From the NCBI GenBank assembly GCA_001179505.1, contig CDMY01000741.1, positions 1 to 25,388 of the forward strand: DNA of 25,388 nucleotides, read 5' to 3'. The notes under the pieces were generated by a model. The model did not search any database. It was given only the letters and a program-made list of their open reading frames with translations, and was not told the origin of the DNA. This stretch comes from Vitrella brassicaformis CCMP3155. Its lineage: Eukaryota > Protista > Chromerida. Below are positions 9,388 to 20,606 of the stretch, in pieces. A program made the position numbers and the translations under genes. Every line of letters starts with the position of its first letter. Position 1 is the first letter of the stretch.

Positions 9388-10454
9388 CTGATACACACAC
9401 ACCCCCACCACACTCCTACACTCATACCGTTTGCATGCAAGGTGTGGTCGTGGTGTGGGGTGTGGGGTGTGTTTGGCGATGACGTATCTCTCGCGGCGGT
9501 GTTGGCTGCGGCGGGAGATGCCGAATCGCCCCTGTAGTCTAGACTAACCTATCACTGACTGACTGATACGAACGATCCGGTTACGATATGGATGCCTGTG
9601 CAGATGGATGGATGGATGGCTGTTACTTTTCGTTTGTTGCGCTGGATGGATGGCGGAGTGAGGTGTGGTGCGGTGTGTGGTGTGGTGGGGAGGGGCGTGT
9701 GTGGGTGATGGAGGGAGGGAGGGATGGGTGGGCGTGGTGGGTGGGCTGGCCGGAGGGTTCTGTTCGTTGGTTTATTCGGATAATAATGTCGCTAGCCTCT
9801 CTCTAGCCAGGTGATCTGACTCACTCCCCATATAACCCACGACCACACAGACAACACAACGCCCACACCTACACACACACACATACAGCCAGCCAGTCGA
9901 TCATCGACGCTCTCTATATTCGATATAGTGAGTGCCTGGATGTTGCCTACCTGCCTGCCTGTCTGCCTGTGTTTGGATGCCGTCTGGTTGTGTACAGGAC
10001 TGCTGCTGGTGAGTGGGGTCGACTTAAAGGGTGCCTGCCTGCCTGCCTGTGCGTTGCGTTGCATGGTGCGTGCAGTGCCGTGCCGTGTGTGTGGAGTGGA
10101 CTGACTGGCCGACCGCCATTTGTTTCAAGCGCGTCAGGTGATGGATGGCCACGTTATAACGTGCACAGTCTGATTGATACCAAGACATCCACCTCAACAC
10201 CCTCACGTAGTACACACTGTACTGTGAGTCCCATCACACACACACGCTCATACTCATACTCATAGGCGTCACCCAGTCATGCGCAATGTAGATAGGCACC
10301 ACCACACGAAAAACGGCCGCCTCGCCGAACGAACCGAAAACACACGGAAAAACCAACCGCCAGCAACCCACACGCACTCTCACAGGCTCACAAACACGCA
10401 ATTAGTTTCGCTCACTTGCCCGCCACACCCCCTCCCCTCCAAACGCCCACCCCC

Positions 10455-12474
10455 TCAGTCGGGCTCGCCATCCCCACCCCCACCACTCTGCCCATTGCTC
10501 GCATCGACGGCGCCAGACCTCCACCTTTCACCTTTCCCGGCCTGCCTCTGGTCGTCACAGCTCTCGACGGACGAGGAGCAAGACTCACCGCCCTCGCCGT
10601 GGCGCAAGACAGCACCTGGTGCGGTGTAAGGGCCAGGTGCGGGGCGGGAGGGGGACGATGGCGGGTGGTTGTGGGCGCCGGGCACCGTCTGGACGCCCGG
10701 CTGCTGCTGCTGGCTCTGCTGGTGGTCAGGGTCGCTCTCACTCTCGGCATCCGCATAAGCCTCCCCGTCGTCTTGGCCCACTCCCAGCCCGCTTGGCTGC
10801 GCTTCCACGCTGCATCCCTCCAGCCTGTCGTTGTGGGCAATTTCTCCATAGCTCCATTGTGGGCTGTCGGGTGCGCCGTTGTGTCCTCCCGCGGCTGGCT
10901 GATCTGCTGCCAGCGGGTCGGCCACGTCTGCCTGGTCGTCTGGAGGAAGGAGGAACCTTGGGTCTGGGTGAGAGGTGAGTTTGCCGGAGTGGGAGAGGAG
11001 CGACCTCAGGGCCGACTGTCGCACCATGTGCGTCAGCAGAGGGAACATCTGCAGCAAGTTCAGCTGAGGGAGAGAGAGAGAGAGGGGTTGTGTTGCGTGA
11101 GGCGTGTTGGTGGTTTGGTGTGTGGGCGTGCCTGTATGGCGTGTGCAGGATGTGGGAAGTAAGCGCCTCCCTCGCCGCTGATGGCCCTTGCGAGGCTCCA
11201 CTCCGCGAACTGGCTAGCGGGCACCCGGAACCACGTGTGCGACGGCACACCGGGGTTGTACAACGGACCTACGCACACGACACGTGTGACACACATGACA
11301 CACTCCGTACGTGGCACATGGCGAGAGTTCTTTGCAAAGGCTGGCGGACAATCCACCGCACCTGCGATAGCGCTTTGCACGGTGACGTTGTGTTGCTTTA
11401 GTTCCATCTGCAGGGCCTCGCACCAGGTGTCCATAAACGACTTGGACGCTGCACACACACACCACACACACAGACGCATTGCCTCCCTGCCTCCCACTCT
11501 CACTCTCACTCTCACTCTCACTCACCAGAGAGTTCCCGCAGGATGGGCATGGCCAGTCTGCCCGCGAAGCCCGACACGTGTATGACGACCCCTTTCCGCC
11601 GGCTCCGCACCATCTGCTCCACCACCTGACGCGTCAGCACCAGCATGGGCGTTATGTTGACACTCGACACCTCACACACAGCCGACAATGGGGTCTCCAC
11701 CAGAGGGGCGGGCGGCCTGTACAGGTGGCTGCCCAGGCCGCCTGACCGACCAGACCAAATCAACCGTCGTGTGGGTGAGGGTCTGTCTGTCTGTCTGTCT
11801 GTCCATCTGTGTGTGTGTGCGGTCATCGTATACCGATGTTGTTGACGAGTATGGTGGGTCCGTGTCCGAGTGGTGGCTCTATGGCGTCGCGGAAGATATC
11901 GGGGCTGGGGAAGGTGCCATCGATGCCGTCCCTGCTCTCATACCTGCCCATTCGCACACACAGACACACACAGACACACACACATCCACGAGCCATCAAC
12001 GCGCGAGAGATGGCGGCAGCCAGCCAGACAGGTGGGCACACGGGTGACGTGACCTACGTGTATTTGGTGACGAGTATGGAGGGGTATGTGTCTTGGAGCG
12101 ATTCCGAGAGGGTGAGCAGCTTGTCGGACAAGGCGTTGGATATCAGAGCCAGGTTGTACCCCTTGGCCGCCAGGGCGTTCGCGTACGCCTCACCGATGTA
12201 GTCACTCACTCCTGCACCCAACACACAACGCGCAACACACAACACACCATCCATCTCTGTGTGTGTGTGTGTTCAGCCGTCTAGTCGGTCGCTCACCGGC
12301 CACTACAGCCCACTCGGTGCCGTGTGTGTGTCTGTGGTTGGAGTATTTGATTGCCGCCCGCAGCAGCCGCCAGAAGTAGCGGCAGGCCCGGGAGCCATGA
12401 ATGACCACCACCGATATGCCCAGCACGGCCAGCGCATTGCGGGAGGATGACACCAGCCACCCACGGGAGCTCAT
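10455..12474 (-). CDS. Short-chain dehydrogenase/reductase, KCR/17beta-HSD12/HSDL1-like, with degenerate catalytic residues and an acidic low-complexity C-terminal tail; 7 exons (12474-12297, 12211-12058, 11943-11834, 11741-11526, 11448-11311, 11268-11132, 11063-10455)
   Basis: N-terminal hydrophobic anchor, then GTEWAVVAG|VSDYIGEAYANALAAKGYNLALIS, ILVNNIG, GVVIHVSGFAG, LS|ASKSFMDTWCEALQMELK..VTVQ and YFPHPAHAIQ. Phases are consistent; the last intron needs a GC donor. Confidence 0.8.
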
Positions 12475-14791
<2,317 letters not shown>

Positions 14792-16288
14792 CCAGCCTGT
14801 GCTTTGCCAGTGTCCCCTCCCCACTCACTACTCACTCTTGTCTGTCTGCACCTCCCTACCCCTGCCCTCCCCTCCCTGTGTGCGCCTCCGAGTACGCAAC
14901 AGTGTGCGCCGCTGGCTTGGGGTGCGTGGTGTGTCGATGTGTGTCTGTCTGTCTGTCTGTCTGTCTGTGTCACTGGTGTGAATACATTGACTCTCTCCAT
15001 TCATCCATCCACCCGTCGGTCGTGTTGTCGCCCGCCTGGCGGACACGGCCCATTTATGAGAGAGAGAGGGAGGGAGGGAGGGTGCGGTGTGCCTGCTGGG
15101 GGGTGAGAGATGATTTTTGAAATATATCTTGGGATGCTGAAAGAGGGCGGGAGGCGTGTCAGGGCGTTTCAAGTTTTTTCATTCTTCAGCATGGCATGGC
15201 TGGCTCTCTGGTTGCTTTCTGCAAATGGCCCGCTGCTGCAAGTTGCACCCTCGCAGCGAACGTCCCCTGGCAGGGCTTCTCACAGCCGAAGCCCGCGGAC
15301 GTTCTCTGCGGGGCTGCGACTGCGACAGACGGACCGAGTGGGTCACAATAAAGGGAAGACCGAGCTGGCCAGGTTTGTGCACATTGGGTGTGCCTGGGCC
15401 TCATGTGCTGTGTCCTGTGCGGTGGCGGGGATTACGTGAGGTGGCGTCGCTGATTCGGTCATTCTGTTGCGAGTGTGAGTGCTCCTGTGGACGCTCGCTG
15501 GTTGGGCTTTCGACGGCCGCAACCATCGAACGTTCGCCGGGGGCCTGCAGCTTTGCGGCAGACGGACAGTCTACCAGCCGGTGAGACGAGACGACGGAGA
15601 AGATCCAGATTGTGTGTGGTGGATGCATGTGTGCCGTGTGCTGTGGCAGAGATGGACAGTCACAGTGAGAGAGAGATTGAGATTTTTAGGCGGACATTTT
15701 TCCATTTTCGGTGCTGTGGATGGATGTCTCCCTCTGCCTGCCTGCCTGCCTGCCTACGTGTGTGTGTGTGGTGTAGATGCGTGCATGGCATGATGATTGA
15801 CGCGCATTATTATCATGTGAAGTTTGAGCCTCGGCAGATGACTGACTGTCTGTCTGTCTGCTCTCACCAAAGAGAATATGTCCGTCCCATCTCTGCACCT
15901 CCCTCTGCACACACGTAGTTGAGTCAGCCATGCCACGCTACGCCACGCCGGAAAAACCCGCCGGAGGCATTGCGCAAGCAAACCAAAAACGCCCCTCTCC
16001 CTCTCACACTCTGTCGCCTCACCCACACGCATTCAGTATGCGCCACTCTCTCCGGGCAGCCAGACAAGACAGGACAGGACAGGAGAGCAACCAAACAAAC
16101 AGCTAGTTCACGCTGCTTCCGCAGCATGAATGGCATGAAAATCGTGAGTGAGCTACGACCGTACGGCAACACATTCAACACCATGATGATCTGATCTGTA
16201 CATGCCGCATTGCCAAACAATCCAATCCCTCCCTCTTCATGTCATCCCAAAATCGACAAACAAACGTGCCCCCGACCGACCAATATTG

Positions 16289-17286
16289 TCACTTGTCCTC
16301 GTGCAGCTCCATATGGTGCTCCACAGCTGACACGCGCAAACACACACAGAGGAGGGAGGGTGGCATCGCATCCCCGGATGTGTGTGTTGGTTTCATTCTA
16401 ACTCCCAGGTTGCTCACCGAACAGCGCCGCGCACACAGCAGCTCCGCCTCCCTGCACCGCACCAATCAACCACACACACGATCTATCCGATACAGTCGTG
16501 CAGACGGCGAGAAGGGCCGCACATGACGCATCCATCGCTCACCATAGCAGCAACGGTGATGGGTGCGGACAGCCTGGGCCCCTGCAGAACGGCGCGGAAT
16601 AGTGCCAGGGCGCCGCCACCCACGCCGCCCACACCACCGCCCAGACGCACACTCTCCCAGAACCGGGGATCTTTCGCCGACATTTCCCACCGCCTGACAT
16701 GCACACAACATACGGACGGAATGGGAGCAGGCCGGCTGGGTGTGTGTGTGGGGGGGTGTGCTGTCCGTCACTTACGATGAGTCGAGCAGGAGTATGTGGC
16801 TCTGGTCACCTGCAAGCACGACACACACACAGGAAGGGGACGGACAGCGACACACAGACGGAGCGAGCGCCGAGTGTCGGGTGTCGGGTGCATCTCCAGG
16901 CAGCCGTGCACTCATATGAGTGTCCACATGAACCGAACGGACACAGCACAGCACAGCTCCCTTTTCATACACTCTGACTGACAGGCAGTGCCCTCCCTCT
17001 TCGCACGGCTTGTCGTGAAATCGCCACAAAACACCATGCATCATGATGGACAGCGACCTCACACGATCTGTGCGGCACTCTCCCTCCCTCCCTCCCTGCC
17101 TCCCCCCCTTTCCACCCAGCCCTCCCTCTCTCACACTGGCTTAGCACACTCACCGAATGCGAAGCCTCCATGATGTCCGGCATGGCATTCTGCAGGCCGC
17201 GTGGCGCCCACCAGAGGGCACCCGGTCGAGCGGCACGCCCACCGGCGAGAGGAGGGAGGAGGGACCTCGGCAAAGCTACTGCTCAT
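16289..17286 (-). CDS. Small Gly-rich membrane protein, possibly Tim17/Tim22/Romo1-like (exons 17286-17154, possible extra exon near 17070, 16809-16776, 16693-16543, 16451-16418, 16326-16289)
   Basis: Consistent GT-AG phases give ...DQSHILLLDSSRWEMSAKDPRFWESVRLGGGVGGVGGGALALFRAVLQGPRLSAPITVAAMGGGAAVCAALFAVEHHMELHEDK*, with two GxxxG-rich hydrophobic segments. The family assignment is inference. Confidence 0.55.
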
Positions 17287-17550
17287 CGCTGATGCTTGAG
17301 ATGGGCTCGAGAGGCAACAGGCGAGAGGTTCAGCAGATCGAGGAAAGGTTGTACATCTCTGCTTATTTACCCTCTCCCTCTCGTGCGAGCTGAGCTCGCA
17401 GCGTCAATTCTGCCCCCAGTCTCCTCCCCGCCATTCTCAGCCGGGGAAAGAAAATACCGGTCTGGCTCCGTTCTCGTGCCTGAGGGTCTGGGCACTGGCG
17501 ACCGCACGTATCACACAATCTCTTCGTCTGCCCTCCCTCTCCGCCGAGTG
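17287..17550. promoter_or_regulatory. Putative bidirectional promoter membrane protein / PP2C
   Basis: 264 bp between divergent start codons. Depends on the membrane-protein start being right. Confidence 0.35.
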
Positions 17551-19756
17551 ATGGGCGGCTGTTCGTCCAAGAATGCGCCTCACGCCCAGGACGCCCCCGG
17601 CCACCCAGAGGCCAAAATCCAGGCGGGCAGGCGGCGGCTGTCGGTCTCGCAGGCGAGCCCCGTGCCGCAGAAGGACGGTACGGTGATAGGCGGCAAGCCG
17701 GGAGGAGGGGAGGCTGACGAGGTGCGGGGGACGATAGGGCGGGCGGGGCTGACGGACGAGGATGACCTGGCGACGATGCTGCCCAAGGCCAACCGACGCT
17801 GCTCCGTATTTGGCGCGCCCGCACAGGAAATGCAGAGGGGATACGACGTACGTAAGTCAGTCAGAGCAGAAGAGAGGAGAGGATTCATATATTCATCAAG
17901 AAAAGGAGGGAGGAATGAATGCACCAATTGTGTGTGTGTGTTGGTGTGTACAGAACAAGCGTATGGAGGTGCAGGGTGAGATGAACGCCAAGACGCTGGT
18001 TGAGATGGGCGTGGGGTATGCCTGCAAGAAGGGACTAAAACCTGAGAGCCCCAACCAAGACGACTTCTTCATCCTCACGTACACACACACACACACACAC
18101 AGATCACTCACCAGATGCTCACAGGCAGACAGCCACACAGCCCATGAATGCATTGCCGTCTGTCTACCTCTTCTGCCCTCAGAGTTGAGGATTGGAGCCT
18201 GTTTGGCGTGTTTGATGGCCACGGTGAGCAGTTGACATGCTCATGTCCTGATGCTTCTCCATCCTTGATCTCATGTGCTGTGTCTCTCCAGGTCCGTCTG
18301 GCCACGACGTGTCGAATTTCGTGCACAAGAACTTGCCGAAGCTGATTGTGTCTGACCCCAACTTCGAGACCGAACCCCTCACAGCCATCAAACAGGCCTT
18401 CCGCAAGGTGTGCACGCCCACACGCACGACCCACCCGAGCCACGGAGGCGCAGTGCGGTGTGTTGTGTTGTGTCTTGGATCTATCTAATGGTGTGTGTGG
18501 TGTGGTTGCGCAGGTCCACGACATGCTGCAGGTGGCTGCCAACTCCAACGATGGGTTCGACTGCGCCCTGTCAGGCACGACAGCCACCGTGGTCAGTCAG
18601 TCAGTCAGCTGCAGTGAGCCAGCTGCAGCAACACCGGTCTACCTGTCTGCAACTCGTGCACAGGAGCGCCTGCGTGCGTATGTCAGGTGCTCCATCGCAA
18701 GAACAAGTTGTTTGTGGGTCACGTGGGCGACTCGAGGGCCGTCCTTGCCGCCAAGGCGCAGGGAGGTCAGTCTGCCAGGCCGTACAACATCACCTCACGA
18801 CTGAGTGCGATTGCCGGGCTTTGTGCGGACTGGACTGCAGGCAAGCGCCTGACGGCCATGAACCTGACGCAGGACCACAAGCCGACACGGGAAGACGAGA
18901 AAAAGAGAATCCAACAACATGGTCGGAGAAAGAAGGAGACACACACAAGAGACAGAGTCAGAGTCAGCGATTCTCTTGTACGCATACGTTTGCATGTTTG
19001 TGTGTCTGTGTGCAGGTGGTGAGGTGCGCCGCCTCGACGGCGACATTCCCCACCGTGTGTTTGTCAAGGGCAAAATGTACCCAGGTGGGCAAAAAATCAG
19101 CCAGCCACAAGACGGACTTCTCTGCTTGCGTCGCATGCCCACACAAGGCCTCTTTTTTTTTCTCTCATTGCCCGTGTTGGTGTTGTGCGTGCCAGGTTTG
19201 GCGATGTCTCGCGCCATTGGTGATGTGGTGGGGTCCTCAGTGGGCGTCGTGCCGGACCCTGATGTCAAGTACACAGCACACAGAGAGAGGAAACAAAGGG
19301 AAGCCATCGATGAATCACACCTACACGCCCGTGTGCTTGCCTCCCTCCTTTGTAGGGAGCTGACATTGGAGGAGGGGAGGGATCAGTTTTTCCTGTTGTG
19401 TTCGGATGGCGTGTGGGAGTTCATCTCGTCCCAGGAGGCGGTCGACATCATCTCCAAGCAGGGCCGGAAACAAGTCCAGGAAGCAACAGGTAGGTGTCTG
19501 TGCACATGGCATGGCTGGCATGCGATGAGATGAGATGAGATGAATGAAAGGCAATGCCTAGACGGGTCGCTACGGCGTGTGTTTTGCGTTCAGAGCATCT
19601 GACCTATGAGGCCTGGCGGCGCTGGGTCGCGGAAGAGGAGAATGTCGTCGACGGTCAGCACGCACAGTGTGTCGGTGTTGTGATCGACATGTCTCCTTCC
19701 TGTCTGCACCATCAGACATCACGGCCATTGTGCGCTGGATCACCCCACCAGCATAA
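17551..19756 (+). CDS. PP2C/PPM Ser/Thr phosphatase with N-terminal acylation motif; 12 exons (17551-17847, 17954-18078, 18183-18223, 18292-18407, 18514-18591, 18687-18765, 18841-18921, 19016-19084, 19196-19268, 19356-19489, 19594-19653, 19716-19756)
   Basis: NQDDF, FGVFDGHG, SGTTATV, HVGDSRAV, LTQDHKP, GLAMSRAIGD, LLCSDGVWE and VVD|DIT. All phases are consistent. Starts MGGCSSK. Confidence 0.95.
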
Positions 19757-20606
19757 TGAAGACGCACATGTGGCCGGGCCCGGGAGGGGCAGGCATGCAG
19801 GGGGCCGGGACCTGGACGTGCCTGCCTTCCTGTGTCCGGCCAACCCTGTCCATGTGTGCGCTTGTCTCGTGTCTGCCCGTCGCCTGATCTGATCAACCAA
19901 CAGACGATTGGACGATGCTGATGATGTTGGGGGTCTTGCCATGCCTCGGATGTCGCCGTCTCTGCTGTGAGTCTGTGGGCGTGAGTGAATGGGTGGATGG
20001 ATAGCCGGATGAATTGGATGGTTGCTGGCTGCGTATGCCGTGGTGCGTATGTTTGCTGATTGGTTGAATTGAATTGGTACGAACTCTCTACTCTGTACGT
20101 GTGTCTCGATGGACCCAATCAATGGTGGCCCGTGGCCATGCTGTCTTTTCAAGTGCATTAACATTGCGGTTGAGTCTGCCTTCAATGCGAAATGCGTTGC
20201 GATGCGTGGGCGAGAATCGCGAAAGTTTAAACAAAGGAGACGCCGATCGCGAGACGGCTCGAAAATTTGTTACTTTCTTCGTTCTCCGGTCCAAGCGCTT
20301 TTTTGCCACCCTCAGAGTCCCTGCGCTCTTCTACGTCTTCGCCAAGCCCGTCGCCCTTTCCCTCCGTTCACCTACGTCACTTCCCGGCGCCCTGCCCTCC
20401 CCGAATCCGGTAAGCAGCCGCACTACACCATGAGAGGGCTGGGTGCAGATGTCTGTGTGTGTGCACAAGATGGCAGTCCGACCTGCGGAGCTTGCTGGAT
20501 CAAGAACGCCACTGCGCCGACCGCCACACATGGACACCACACACAGACCGATGCAGGATGGATGTGTATGTCGTCATGTGTGTGTGTGATGTGTGTGTTT
20601 CCAAAG

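Noticed and set aside
9475-9530. Functional SECIS element
   Set aside because: No in-frame UGA in H2B.Z, no apical AA, and no internal loop below the GA quartet. Kept only as an unexplained hairpin.
9518-9545. SRP RNA Alu-like CCTGTAGTC motif
   Set aside because: No SRP S-domain helix 8 motif follows; the downstream sequence is GGAT/TG-rich UTR-like DNA.
15110-15918. Small gene between HMBS and the membrane protein (e.g. MAWLALWLLSANG...)
   Set aside because: Several overlapping short ORFs on both strands, with no consistent exon chain or homology.
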